Shown here piece by piece: positions 29,162 through 39,079 of a stretch of 64,000 bases of DNA. Every line of letters begins with the position of its first letter. Position 1 is the stretch's first letter. Origin of the DNA: Minisyncoccota bacterium (GTDB lineage: Bacteria > Patescibacteriota > Minisyncoccia > Phycocordibacterales > XYD1-FULL-46-19); contig JBAYIK010000001.1 in NCBI GenBank assembly GCA_041665625.1, positions 2,091-66,090 on the forward strand. Reading direction: 5' to 3'. The notes below the pieces were generated by a model. The model did no database searches and was not told the origin of the DNA. It saw nothing but the letters and a program-made list of their open reading frames with translations. The position numbers were made by a program, and so were the translations under genes.

Positions 29162-29234
29162 GGCGGGCCCACGAGGACTCGAACCTCGATCGATGGTTTT
29201 GGAGACCATTGTTCTACCATTGAACTATAGGCCC
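29161..29234 (-). tRNA. trnW: tRNA-Trp (CCA)
   Basis: GGGCCTATAGTTCAATGGTAGAAC-ATGGT CT CCA AA ACCAT-GGTTCGAGTCC...GGGCCCGCCA cloverleaf with encoded CCA. Confidence 0.96.
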
Positions 29235-29343
29235 AGACAAAGAACATTCTAGCATATTTTAGATATTAATCCACGTTAAAAACTCCCTCTTTTAAAGCCT
29301 GTCAAGTTGCTTATTTCTTTTCTTCATCTATAATGAGTTTAAT

Positions 29344-29463
29344 ATGATAGAACAACCCAGAGAAAATAAAGGCGAATTTGTCCCTCAAGATTTTGTTGAT
29401 GGGGTAGTGAAGGCCTATAATGAAACGTTAGAATCATTGGCAGCTAATGCTGATGGCTCTTAG
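29344..29463 (+). CDS. Small ORF (39 aa), possible gene remnant
   Basis: MIEQPRENKGEFVPQDFVDGVVKAYNETLESLAANADGS after TATAAT at 29329-29334. Confidence 0.4.
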   Translation: MIEQPRENKGEFVPQDFVDGVVKAYNETLESLAANADGS

Positions 29464-29468
29464 TTATT

Positions 29469-29657
29469 ATGTCAGACGAATTAAAAGTTAAAGCTCAAAG
29501 ATTAGGTCAATTACTAGCCAACTCTACCACTCTCGATCTAGACCAGAAGATGAGAATTCTTGGTCTACTTAAAGGCATGACAGAGGGGCAAATTGATAGC
29601 CTAATTATTTATCTAGACGAGGGTATTGGCGATTTGGAGTTAATTCTTGCCATTTAA
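29469..29657 (+). pseudogene. Truncated paralog of 15665..16003
   Basis: Aligns to the first ~60 aa of the 112-aa protein and runs into the 3' end of miaA. Confidence 0.55.
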
Positions 29658-30549
29658 TCCTTTTATCTTTTTTAAACCAAGTAATTTGGCGTTTGCTGTA
29701 TTTTACTATTTCTGAATAAAGTTTCTCTATCATTTCTTTTTTTGCTAGTTTCTTCTGTAAAAAAAGAGCAATATAACGATACTCTAAACCTAATTGCTCG
29801 AGACGTTTCCATGACACACCACTTTGGTGTATTTTTTTTACTTCGGCCACCATTCCACTTTTAACTCTCTCAATCAAGCGTTTGTAAATTTTTTTATTGA
29901 GCTCTTCTTGTTCGGTTTTGACACCAATAATTTCAAAGTCATAACCGGCATTATGAAGTCGTACTTCAAGTGAGTCCGAAGTCCGACTTCGTAATGCCGG
30001 GACTTTCCCTAGTTTCTTAGCAATCTCAATTGCCCGAATCAATCGCACCGGATTTTGGCCATCAATTGTCTTAGCTCGAGCGGGGTCTAATTTTTTTAGC
30101 ATAGTAAAAAGCTCGGCCGGAGTTTTCTTCGACAATTGCTCTCTTAATTTTTTATCTGGCTCAACTTCGGGCAGAATAAGATCATCAACCACCGCCTGAA
30201 TATAGAAGCCTGTGCCACCGACAATAATCGGGGTCTTGCCACGGGCAATAATTTCTGTGATTTTTTGATCAGCGAGTTTCTTGAAATCAGAGACAGTAAA
30301 GATTTTTTTGGGACTTACCACGTCAAGCAAATGGTGGGGGATACCAGTCATCTCTTTTTTTGTAACCTTACCACTACCAATATTAAGCCCCTTATAGACT
30401 TGCCTCGAATCAGCACTAATGGTCTCTCCGCCCACCTTCTTGGCGAGTTTTATACTGAAACCGGTCTTCCCACTAGCCGTTGGCCCTACAATCACATAGA
30501 TTTTGGGCTTAAGGTCGGAGTTTTTTACTGGATTGATTTTCTCTCTCAT
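29605..30549 (-). CDS. miaA: tRNA dimethylallyltransferase
   Basis: GPTASGKT, ISADSRQVY, IPHHLLD, VGGTGFY, YSKRQITW. Confidence 0.96.
   Translation of the reverse strand: MREKINPVKNSDLKPKIYVIVGPTASGKTGFSIKLAKKVGGETISADSRQVYKGLNIGSGKVTKKEMTGIPHHLLDVVSPKKIFTVSDFKKLADQKITEIIARGKTPIIVGGTGFYIQAVVDDLILPEVEPDKKLREQLSKKTPAELFTMLKKLDPARAKTIDGQNPVRLIRAIEIAKKLGKVPALRSRTSDSLEVRLHNAGYDFEIIGVKTEQEELNKKIYKRLIERVKSGMVAEVKKIHQSGVSWKRLEQLGLEYRYIALFLQKKLAKKEMIEKLYSEIVKYSKRQITWFKKDKRIKWQELTPNRQYPRLDK
29945..30000. repeat. Palindromic element in frame within miaA
   Basis: CCGGCATTAT-GAAGTCGTACTTC-AAGTGAGTCC-GAAGTCCGACTTC-GTAATGCCGG. Confidence 0.85.
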
Positions 30550-30585
30550 ATCGTTTAAAATAAACCTAGTTCACTAAATAAGCAA

Positions 30586-30667
30586 GCCGAAGTGGCGGAA
30601 TTGGTAGACGCGCACGACTCAAAATCGTGTATCGCAAGATGTGAGAGTTCGATTCTCTCCTTCGGCA
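30586..30667 (+). tRNA. trnL: tRNA-Leu (CAA)
   Basis: GCCGAAGTGGCGGAATTGGTAGACGCG-CACGA CT CAA AA TCGTG-long variable arm-GTTCGATT...TTCGGCA. Confidence 0.95.
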
Positions 30668-30672
30668 CCTAT

Positions 30673-31650
30673 ATGTCAAATAACTACGAAGATAAAATTT
30701 TCTTAATTGAAGTTGAGAAGATCAAGCCGAATCCTTATCAACCAAGGCGTGAATTTAACGAGGAACGTTTGCGGGATTTGGCTGACTCGATTAAGCAATA
30801 TGGGGTTCTCCAGCCTCTCGTTGTCACCAGGAAGGAGGTTGGCCGTGACGATGGTAGTTTCTTTACTGAATATGAAATTATCGCTGGCGAGCGACGTTGG
30901 CGTGCTTCGAAGCTGGCGGGCTTACCTCAAGTCCCGGCTATCATCCGCACGGGGGAGCAGAGTGATAAGGAGAAACTAGAACTCGCGATTATTGAGAATC
31001 TCCAACGTGAGGATCTTAATTCGGTTGATCGAGCTCAAGCCTTTTTCCGTTTGGTGAGCGACTTCGGCCTTTCTCATGGCGAAGTCGGCAAACGTGTCGG
31101 CCGTAGTCGTGAATATGTCTCTAACACTATCCGCATTCTTAATTTGCCTCAAGAAATTCTTGACGCTTTAGTGGCGGGCCAGATTGCCGAGGGTCACACC
31201 AAGCCGCTCTTGATGCTCTCTGATCATCCCGAGGAGCAAATCACGATCTTTAAGGAGGTAATGATTAAGCGCTTAACCGTGCGTGACACGGAGGCTATCG
31301 CTCGGCGCATTGCTTATGACCGGGTGCGCAAGAAGGAACATTTTGTTATGCCAGAGATTATTGAGCTAGAGGATAAATTGTCTGAGAAGTATGGCAATCG
31401 TGTTAAGGTTGAGGCCAAAGGCGAGACGGGCGGGCGCATCTTAATTGATTTTACTTCACCCGAAGAATTGCGACGCATTCTCTCGATGCTTGAACACAAT
31501 GGTCCTGCCAGTGTTATTGATATTCCTCTCTCTGGTCTGGCTCCCGAAGAAGTTGGTCAAGAAATCAATATTGCTGAGACTAAGCCAGGACAAGCAGCTG
31601 AACTTGAAGAGCCTGAAGATCTCTACTTCATTAAGAATTTTTCTCTTTAG
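30673..31650 (+). CDS. parB: ParB/Spo0J partition protein
   Basis: PNPYQPRREF, GVLQPLVV, IIAGERRWRA, IIENLQREDL, HTH; start set to ATG 30673 because the track start lies inside the tRNA. Confidence 0.93.
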   Translation: MSNNYEDKIFLIEVEKIKPNPYQPRREFNEERLRDLADSIKQYGVLQPLVVTRKEVGRDDGSFFTEYEIIAGERRWRASKLAGLPQVPAIIRTGEQSDKEKLELAIIENLQREDLNSVDRAQAFFRLVSDFGLSHGEVGKRVGRSREYVSNTIRILNLPQEILDALVAGQIAEGHTKPLLMLSDHPEEQITIFKEVMIKRLTVRDTEAIARRIAYDRVRKKEHFVMPEIIELEDKLSEKYGNRVKVEAKGETGGRILIDFTSPEELRRILSMLEHNGPASVIDIPLSGLAPEEVGQEINIAETKPGQAAELEEPEDLYFIKNFSL

Positions 31651-33098
31651 ATTTTGTGCGTTAAAAGATAGTTGCGGATATGCCTTTTTGCATCGTTGGT
31701 TTTGACGAAGTCGAGCCATTTTTTGGTTGGCTTATTATTTTTACCCGTAATTATTTCTATGACATTACCGTTCTTAAGTTTGGCATCAAGGGTAGACATC
31801 TTCTTATTAATTTTGACACCTGAAGCGTGATGACCAATATCGGAGTGGATAGAATAAGCGAAGTCGATAGGGGTGGCATCTTTAGGAAGTTCCACCACCT
31901 CACCCTTCGGAGTGAAGACGAAGATACGCTCGTGGACTAAGCGATCTTTAATAAAAGAAAGGAATTCGGTGTCATCCTTAAGATGTTTTTGCCATTCGAT
32001 AAGTTCTTCAACCCAGGCCATATCCTTGGTTATTTTGTCACCCGTTGTTCCATTTTTTTTATTTTTTTTGCCCTGCTCATCATAGGCCACGTGCGAAGCG
32101 ATACCGTATTCGGCCTCGTTTTGCATTTGCTCGGTTCTTATTTGAATTTCTAAAGCATTGCCATCTCCAGTAAAAATAGAGGTATGGATACTTTGATAAC
32201 CGTTTGGCTTAGGATTGGCGATATAGTCCTTGAGTCGGCCAGGGATGGGGCGCCAGAGATTATGAATGATCCCGAGAGTTTGGTAGCACTCGTCGACAGT
32301 TTTTACAATGACGCGAAGAGCGGAGATATCATAAATTTCGTCCATATCCATGTTCTTGCGTAGAAGTTTGGTGTAGAGACTATAGAGATACTTAATACGA
32401 TAGTCGATAATAAAATCTTTTAGTCCGCGAGCAGAGAGTTCTTTTTGGAGAGTGCGGTAAATTTTTTCTAAACGTTTGATTGTTTCTTTACCTTTAGTTT
32501 TTCTTAGGGCCACAACTTTTTGGTAATCTTCAGGAAAAGCGTAAGGGAAACTAGCGTCCTCAAGCATACCCTTAAGACGCCAAACGCCGAGGCGGTTGGC
32601 GAGCGGGGCATAAATCTCAAGAGTCTCCAGAGCAATTCTTTTTTGTTTTTCCGGAGCTAGGTGATTAAGTGTTCTCACATTATGGAGACGGTCGGCGAGG
32701 CGAATCATAATAATGCGGATGTCTTCAGCCATAGCAACGAAGAGCTTACGCAAACTCTCTGCATGACGATTGGTCCCGCGATATTTTAGAGTCCCTAATT
32801 TAGTGACTCCCTCCACCATGAAGGCAATTTGTTTACTAAATTCGCGTTCAATATCTTCTAGAGTTACTTCAGTGTCTTCAACTGTGTCATGAAGAAGCCC
32901 TGCCGCAATAGTTTCGGCATCAGCTTTGAACTCGGCCAGTATTAGAGCCGTATTAAAGGGGTGGATGATATAGGGCTCGCCTGATGCCCTCAATTGCCCC
33001 GTGTGAGCCTTATCGGCAAAGGCAAACGCCTTCAAAACCAGCGCCTTATCTTCGTCACTAGGGTCTCTCATTAAGGCAATAATCTCTTTGGGATTCAT
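31647..33098 (-). CDS. rel: RelA/SpoT homolog (HD, synthetase and TGS domains; no ACT domain)
   Basis: SGEPYIIHP, LLHDTVED, LADRLHN, KDYIANPKPNGYQSIH, EIQIRT, TPIDFAYSIH. Confidence 0.92.
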   Translation of the reverse strand: MNPKEIIALMRDPSDEDKALVLKAFAFADKAHTGQLRASGEPYIIHPFNTALILAEFKADAETIAAGLLHDTVEDTEVTLEDIEREFSKQIAFMVEGVTKLGTLKYRGTNRHAESLRKLFVAMAEDIRIIMIRLADRLHNVRTLNHLAPEKQKRIALETLEIYAPLANRLGVWRLKGMLEDASFPYAFPEDYQKVVALRKTKGKETIKRLEKIYRTLQKELSARGLKDFIIDYRIKYLYSLYTKLLRKNMDMDEIYDISALRVIVKTVDECYQTLGIIHNLWRPIPGRLKDYIANPKPNGYQSIHTSIFTGDGNALEIQIRTEQMQNEAEYGIASHVAYDEQGKKNKKNGTTGDKITKDMAWVEELIEWQKHLKDDTEFLSFIKDRLVHERIFVFTPKGEVVELPKDATPIDFAYSIHSDIGHHASGVKINKKMSTLDAKLKNGNVIEIITGKNNKPTKKWLDFVKTNDAKRHIRNYLLTHKI

Positions 33099-33125
33099 TG
33101 CCTCTAAAATAGCATAAAAGGGGAT

Positions 33126-35318
33126 TTATTTCATCCGGTGGGGATTATGATTGGGACAGGCTTTGTTAGAGCAACGTTCAGGGATAGTCTTGGTTCCTTC
33201 CATCATGAGCGATCCACACTCAGGGCAAATACGGCCGGTTGGTTTGGACTTAATGATATTCTTACATTTAGGGTAATTCGAACAGCCGTAGAAGACGCCA
33301 AAACGGCCCCTCTTTTCTACCATCGTCCCTGCCTTGCATATCGGGCATTCGACGCCGGTGTCGCCCTGTTTTTCTTGGCCTTCAATCACGGCATCTTTCT
33401 TAATGTATTTGCATTTAGGATACTTGGAGCAAGCGACAAAACGGCCAAACTTGCCATCACGCTCGATAAGATCACCGCCACAGTCTGGACACTGCTCACC
33501 AGTCAACTTTGGTCCCTCCAATTCTTTGCCTTCTATTGTTAGAGCACCATCACAATCAGGGAATTTAGAACAGCTAAAGAATTTTCCACTCTTAGCTAGT
33601 TTGATAATCATGTCCGAGCCACACTTAGGGCATTTCATATCTTTTGGAGCATCACCTAAGTTGGTTATCTTCTCGATTTTCTTTTTGCTGGCGATATCTT
33701 TAGTAAATGGACCATAGAAGTCTTTGAGAGTTTTAACATAGTCACGCTTACCAAGAGCGATATCATCTAACTCGTCTTCCATCTCGGCGGTGAAGGTGTC
33801 ACTAATATAATCAGCAAAATATTTACTTAAGAAATCGCTCACCACTTCGCCAGTATCAGTGGGCTTCAAGGCCTTGTTATCTTTAATCACATAATCACGA
33901 TCTTGGATCGTTTTAATAATAGCCGCATAAGTACTTGGGCGGCCAATACCACGTTTCTCCAACTCTTTGACCAAGCCCGCTTCGGTATAACGATGGGGAG
34001 GTTCAGTTTCTTTGCCTGTTGATTTAACTTCTAAGAGTTTAAGGTTGTCACCCTTTTCAAGTTTTGGTAAATCAATTTCTTCACCGCGTGCTTCGGGATC
34101 GGCCTTAAGCCAACCATCGAAGAGGACACGGGAACCAGAAGTTTCGAAGACGGGGATATTGTCGCCACCCGCCTCCGCCCCTGGCTTTGGCGTGGCAAAG
34201 GCCGTAATTTTTGTTCTCAAACTCTCTGAGTCAGTCATCTGGCTGGCGACGGTGCGTTGCCAGATAAGTTCATAAAGTTTTTTCTCCTGTGGACTAGTGC
34301 CAGCCGAGATAATTGTTGAGTGGGTAGGACGAATAGCTTCGTGCGCTTCTTGGGCATTCTTACTTTTAGTCTTGAATTGTTTAGGATCAGAATAATTATC
34401 GCCAAATCTTTTTTTGATGACGTTGGTAATTTCATCTACCGCTTGTTGACCAAGGGTGGTGCTGTCGGTACGCATGTAAGAGATATGCCCAGCTTCGTAG
34501 AGTTTCTGGGCGAGTCTCATGGTGATTGATGGGGCATAACCAAGACGAGAAGATGCTGCTTGCTGGAGTGTTGATGTAGTGAAAGGGGCGCGCGCCGAAC
34601 GCTTAGCTTTTGTTTCTTCAATATTCTCGACTTGCCAATCAGCTTTTTGTGAACGCTCGACAATGTCAGTAGCCTCTTTTTCTGTTTTGGGCTCAATTGA
34701 ACAGTGGAAGGGGATTTGGTTTTTCTTTTTATCTTCAAATAGAGCATCGATAACCCAATAAGCCTCAGGGACGAAGGCCCGGATTTCTTTTTCTTTCTCA
34801 ACAATTAGACGTAGGGCGGGGGACTGTACACGACCGGCGGATAAACCATAACGTACTTTCTGCCAAATAAGAGCGGAGAGATCATAACCAAAGAGACGAT
34901 CTAAGACGCGTCTTGCTTCTTGAGCGACGCGTAAATTGGTATCAATCTCTCGCGGGTGCTTCATCGCTTCTTGCACGGCTTCCTTGGTGATTTCGTGGAA
35001 GGCGATGCGCTTGGGTTTCTTAAGTTTGAGTGTTTGTTGTAAGTGCCAAGCAATAGCTTCCCCTTCGCGGTCGGGGTCAGTCGCCAGTAAAACTTCGTCA
35101 GCCTTTTTGGTCAACTTAATTAACTCAGCGATGACGTGTTCCTTACCCTTACTAATTTCATAGTGAGGAACAAAGCCTTTGGCAATATCGATAGCGTTCT
35201 TATTTGATTTTGGGAGATCACGAATATGCCCGACACTGGCGCGTACTGTGTAGGCATTATCTAAATACTTGGCAATAGTTTTGGCTTTTGCCGGTGACTC
35301 TACTATTAGAAGCTTCAT
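33126..35318 (-). CDS. topA: DNA topoisomerase I
   Basis: MKLLIVESPAKAKTI, ATDPDREGEAI, SAGRVQS, ISYMRTDS, GIGRPSTY, C-terminal zinc ribbons. Confidence 0.97.
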   Translation of the reverse strand: MKLLIVESPAKAKTIAKYLDNAYTVRASVGHIRDLPKSNKNAIDIAKGFVPHYEISKGKEHVIAELIKLTKKADEVLLATDPDREGEAIAWHLQQTLKLKKPKRIAFHEITKEAVQEAMKHPREIDTNLRVAQEARRVLDRLFGYDLSALIWQKVRYGLSAGRVQSPALRLIVEKEKEIRAFVPEAYWVIDALFEDKKKNQIPFHCSIEPKTEKEATDIVERSQKADWQVENIEETKAKRSARAPFTTSTLQQAASSRLGYAPSITMRLAQKLYEAGHISYMRTDSTTLGQQAVDEITNVIKKRFGDNYSDPKQFKTKSKNAQEAHEAIRPTHSTIISAGTSPQEKKLYELIWQRTVASQMTDSESLRTKITAFATPKPGAEAGGDNIPVFETSGSRVLFDGWLKADPEARGEEIDLPKLEKGDNLKLLEVKSTGKETEPPHRYTEAGLVKELEKRGIGRPSTYAAIIKTIQDRDYVIKDNKALKPTDTGEVVSDFLSKYFADYISDTFTAEMEDELDDIALGKRDYVKTLKDFYGPFTKDIASKKKIEKITNLGDAPKDMKCPKCGSDMIIKLAKSGKFFSCSKFPDCDGALTIEGKELEGPKLTGEQCPDCGGDLIERDGKFGRFVACSKYPKCKYIKKDAVIEGQEKQGDTGVECPICKAGTMVEKRGRFGVFYGCSNYPKCKNIIKSKPTGRICPECGSLMMEGTKTIPERCSNKACPNHNPHRMK
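34164..34196. repeat. Short GC-rich palindromic insert in topA
   Basis: Coding strand GCCAC-GCCAAAGCCAGGGGCGGAGGCGG-GTGGC encoding ATPKPGAEAGG. Confidence 0.45.
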
Positions 35319-35411
35319 GTTTATATTATTTTCTTTGTTTAGGTTAAACTTTTCCCAAACAGTGTAGCAAGTATTATCTCTTTTGTAACCTCTTGTCAAA
35401 TGGGGGTAAAT

Positions 35412-36287
35412 TTATGCCAATCTAATTTCTCCCATCGTTTCTTTGATTATTCCTTTAATTTCCATTGTCGAGAGGACGATATTGGCTTCGGCCGTAGTGA
35501 GTTCGGCGACCTCGATTAATTCATCACGGGGAAAGGAATCGGTTTCTAAGATATCAACAATTTTTTGTTCGACAGGGGAGAGATTGAGGAAGAGACGGCC
35601 TTGTTTTTCTTTCTCTTTCTCCTCGAGATTAAATCCGAGGGCCTGAAGCAAGTCCTCACTCTTGTTAATAGGCATGGCTCCTTGCCGGATTAAACCATTC
35701 GCTCCGCGTGAAGAAGGCGAGAAAATAGAGCCCGGCACCACTAAGACGTCTCTGTTATATTCCATTGCGAGACGGGCGGTGATTAGAGTTCCTGATCTTT
35801 CCCCTGCTTCTATAATAAGAGTGGCATGAGAGAGTCCCGCCATAATGCGGTTGCGGCGGGGGAAGGTGTGGAGGCCAGCGGGGCATTCGGGTTCTAGTTC
35901 GGACAATAAAGCTCCACCTCGCTCTATTATCTCATCTGCGAGCCGGTGATTGGTGAAGGGATGGAGAACCTGGCGATCAGTACCAGAACCAGGGACAGCA
36001 ATGGTCAATAAATTATTCTTAAGCGCACTCTGGTGGGCGATAGTGTCGATACCAAGAGCGAGGCCCGAGACGATGACAATCGGGTAGCCGATGAGACCAG
36101 CAATTAATTCTTCACAAGCTTCTTTGCCATAGCGCGAATATTTGCGCGAGCCGACAACGGCTAAGAATTTGTACTCATTATCCTTAGGCAACTCCCCTTC
36201 TAGATATAAAAATTCTGGCGGATCGTTAATTTCTTTAAGTAGAGCGGGGAATTGGTCAAAGTTTAATTTTTTAAATTTAGATTTCAT
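35412..36287 (-). CDS. dprA: DNA-processing protein DprA
   Basis: AVVGSR, IVSGLALGID, FPRRNRIMAGLS, SGTLITARLA; adjacent to topA; start set to ATG 36287. Confidence 0.93.
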   Translation of the reverse strand: MKSKFKKLNFDQFPALLKEINDPPEFLYLEGELPKDNEYKFLAVVGSRKYSRYGKEACEELIAGLIGYPIVIVSGLALGIDTIAHQSALKNNLLTIAVPGSGTDRQVLHPFTNHRLADEIIERGGALLSELEPECPAGLHTFPRRNRIMAGLSHATLIIEAGERSGTLITARLAMEYNRDVLVVPGSIFSPSSRGANGLIRQGAMPINKSEDLLQALGFNLEEKEKEKQGRLFLNLSPVEQKIVDILETDSFPRDELIEVAELTTAEANIVLSTMEIKGIIKETMGEIRLA

Positions 36288-36348
36288 ATCCACTTTGTCA
36301 TGGAGGCTGAACTTTATTTTATCAATAAATCTGTTATAATCAAAAAAT

Positions 36349-37611
36349 ATGTTAGATATCAAATTCATTCGGGAGAACAAAGATCTTATTGCTGAAGCCG
36401 CGCGCAAAAAGCGTCTCGATTTTAAAGTTGACGAGTTGCTTAAAATTGACGAGGAGCGCGTTAAGGTTGTCTCTTTTGTTGATGAACTCCGTCGCCAGCA
36501 GAATGAAGCTAGTGAAGGAATTTCTCAAGCAGAGGGAGAGATTAAGCTTAAGCTGATTGAGACAATCTCAAGTGTTAAAGGTGAATTACAGAAGAAAGAA
36601 GAAGAACTTAAAGAGATAATGAAGGCTTGGCAGGCCCAAATGCTTCTCGTCCCTAATATCCCTGACATCAGTGTTCCTGAAGGAAATGATGATTCTGATA
36701 ATCAAGAAGTCAAAGTTTGGGGGGAAAGACGCAAGTTTGATTTTGCGGCCAAAGATCATGTTGAACTAATGCTTAATCTCAAACTTGCCGATTTTGACCG
36801 GGGGACTAAGGTGGCTGGCTTCCGTGGTTATTTTTTGAAGAACGAAGGGGCTGAGCTCTCTATGGCTCTCTGGCACTACGCTATGAGCGTGGTGCGAGAA
36901 GATGGTTATACTCCGTTAATGGCGCCGATCATTGATCGGCCAGAGATGTTTATGGGCACTGGATATTTGCCTCAAGGCGAAGAAGATTTATATAAGATTC
37001 AGGATGGTGAATATTTGGCTGGTACGGCTGAAGTCCCGACTATGGGTTATTATTTTGACGAAGTAATTCCGCGCGAGCATCTGCCAATTAAATTTGTTGC
37101 CTTTTCTCCATGTTATCGTCGCGAGGCGGGTAGCCATGGTAAGGATACTAAGGGGCTTATCCGTGTTCACGAATTTTATAAGGTAGAGCAAGTGGTTTTG
37201 TGTGAAGCCAGTCATGAAGAAAGCGTGAAGTACCATGAGCAGATTCTGGCTAATGCGGAGAAAATTATGCAGGGCTTGGAGATCCCTTATCATGTTGTCG
37301 TCAATTGCACTGGCGACTTAGGTCAAGGTCAGGTCAAGAAATATGACATTGAGGCTTGGGTGCCATCAGAGAACAAATATCGTGAGACCCATTCCATTTC
37401 CTATTTCCATGATTTCCAAACTCGTCGTTCTAATATTAAGTATAAGGATGCCGAGGGCAAGATGCGCCTCGTTCACTCTTTGAACGGTACCGCTCTCGCT
37501 TCACCTCGTATCCTTGTCGCCTTGCTTGAGAATTATCAGCAAGCCGATGGCTCGATTTTGATTCCTAAAGTTTTGCAGCCTTATCTTGGTGGACGCACGG
37601 TCATTAGTTAA
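36349..37611 (+). CDS. serS: Serine--tRNA ligase
   Basis: MLDIKFIREN, LAGTAEV, YRREAGS.GKDT.GLIRVHEF.KVE, HSLNGT. Confidence 0.97.
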   Translation: MLDIKFIRENKDLIAEAARKKRLDFKVDELLKIDEERVKVVSFVDELRRQQNEASEGISQAEGEIKLKLIETISSVKGELQKKEEELKEIMKAWQAQMLLVPNIPDISVPEGNDDSDNQEVKVWGERRKFDFAAKDHVELMLNLKLADFDRGTKVAGFRGYFLKNEGAELSMALWHYAMSVVREDGYTPLMAPIIDRPEMFMGTGYLPQGEEDLYKIQDGEYLAGTAEVPTMGYYFDEVIPREHLPIKFVAFSPCYRREAGSHGKDTKGLIRVHEFYKVEQVVLCEASHEESVKYHEQILANAEKIMQGLEIPYHVVVNCTGDLGQGQVKKYDIEAWVPSENKYRETHSISYFHDFQTRRSNIKYKDAEGKMRLVHSLNGTALASPRILVALLENYQQADGSILIPKVLQPYLGGRTVIS

Positions 37612-37639
37612 TCCTTGTTTTCAATAGCTCAAAAATAAA

Positions 37640-38500
37640 ATGGCCTTATCCAAAGCAGAAATTTTGCAGGCTAGCCGAGAACGTGACCGGCATAAGCGGC
37701 AAGGGGCTATTTTTGTGGGTGTCGGCCTAATTATATTGATTGTCGGTCTTTTTTTGCTTCTTCTTAATCTCTCTTTTTTACGGGTTAATACTGTCAAAAT
37801 TCTTGGTCAGACAAGTGCTGACCCTGAGACGGTTAAAGCTTTTGTCGACAATCAATTGGCCGGACGTCACCTCTATCTAGTCCCCAAGAATAGCGTTTTC
37901 TTTGTTTCTAAAGGAATTCTAACTAAAGATATCTCTCGCCAATTTCCCGGTTTGGCAAAAGTTGCGATTACCTGGCCGGACCTTAACACCCTAGCCGTTC
38001 TAATTGTCGATCGCGAGTCTAAAGTACTTTGGTGTGTGGATGGTGAAAAAAACAAGAATTGTTACTATCTCTCGCCCGAAGGTCTAGCTTATCAAGAGGC
38101 TCCAAGCTTTTCTGATTCGTTATTCATTGAGCTACACAGCAAACAGCCCTTAAAAAAACTTGGTGATAAAGTTATTGAACAGAAGACGCTTCTCCGTACG
38201 ACCGCTTTCTTAAACTTTATGAAAAGTTCAATGCCTCTCTGGCCCAAGGCTAATCTCTCTCTGTCTTTTGCCGAAGTTTATGCCCAAAATGATTTTATTG
38301 CCTTTTTGTCTGATCAGACTAATCCACTTTGGCAAGCTCAAGTTCTCTTTAATATCGATCGGGGAGCCAATAATCTTATTACTGATTTCCACTCCGTGCT
38401 AAAAAACGAAAAATTCCAATCTGACTGGCAAGCGGGTGGAGGCCGTCTCGATTATCTCGACCTTCGTTTCCCCGGGAAAGTTTTTTACAGGTTTCGCTGA
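37640..38500 (+). CDS. FtsQ/DivIB-like cell division protein
   Basis: Basic N-terminus, one TM, POTRA-like region, C-terminal YLDLRFPGKVFY. Confidence 0.7.
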   Translation: MALSKAEILQASRERDRHKRQGAIFVGVGLIILIVGLFLLLLNLSFLRVNTVKILGQTSADPETVKAFVDNQLAGRHLYLVPKNSVFFVSKGILTKDISRQFPGLAKVAITWPDLNTLAVLIVDRESKVLWCVDGEKNKNCYYLSPEGLAYQEAPSFSDSLFIELHSKQPLKKLGDKVIEQKTLLRTTAFLNFMKSSMPLWPKANLSLSFAEVYAQNDFIAFLSDQTNPLWQAQVLFNIDRGANNLITDFHSVLKNEKFQSDWQAGGGRLDYLDLRFPGKVFYRFR

Positions 38501-38560
38501 TTGCTATTTTATACACACCCCAAGCGGTGAAAATGTAAGAATTTATAGTATACTTTAGGT

Positions 38561-38956
38561 ATGCGCTTTCTAGCGATTATTGTTAACTATCTTATCTGGC
38601 ATTATACGCGGGCGGTTTTAGAGTTCAGCCATATTTATAAAAATATTTTGTCTTTTCTTATTAACTTCTTTTCTATTCCCGTCCTTGTTCGTTCTTATTT
38701 TGCCCCCTGGCGTCGGATGGGCGAAGATTATACTAAAGATATCTTCCACGATTTTGAGGACGTGGTGGCGGTTTTTGTTGTTAATTTCATCATGAGAATC
38801 GTTGGTGTTGTTATGCGCACCGTTATCATTATTGCGGGTCTTTTGTTTGTGATTATCGTGGCCTTGTTTTACCCCGTCCTGCTTATTGTCTGGCTATTAC
38901 TCCCCTTAATTTTGGTTGTTTTAGCAATGCTCGGCATAGGTCTGTTAGTGAAGTAG
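38561..38956 (+). CDS. Membrane protein upstream of the Clp ATPase
   Basis: WHY...FFSIP.L..S.FAPWRR motif and two hydrophobic segments. Confidence 0.8.
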   Translation: MRFLAIIVNYLIWHYTRAVLEFSHIYKNILSFLINFFSIPVLVRSYFAPWRRMGEDYTKDIFHDFEDVVAVFVVNFIMRIVGVVMRTVIIIAGLLFVIIVALFYPVLLIVWLLLPLILVVLAMLGIGLLVK

Positions 38957-38963
38957 GTTGTGG

Positions 38964-39079
38964 ATCCCGTTAGAGACCGCGATCGCTAAGAATTTAAATA
39001 TAATATGAGGACAAAATTATCAAGTAAAATAAGAAAAACAGAGAGTGGTCTATTGATCGCGATCTGTCTCTAACGGGAT
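38964..39079. mobile_element. MITE/REP-like element with 14-bp terminal inverted repeats
   Basis: ATCCCGTTAGAGAC (38964-38977) / GTCTCTAACGGGAT (39066-39079), inner CGCGATC/GATCGCG. Confidence 0.6.

Noticed and set aside
29161-29234. tRNA-Trp as the integration site of the surface-protein locus
   Set aside because: No duplicated tRNA 3' end was found near 18.3 kb or elsewhere in the window
30592-30672. N-terminal extension of ParB in the ORF track
   Set aside because: It is the tRNA-Leu sequence read in frame
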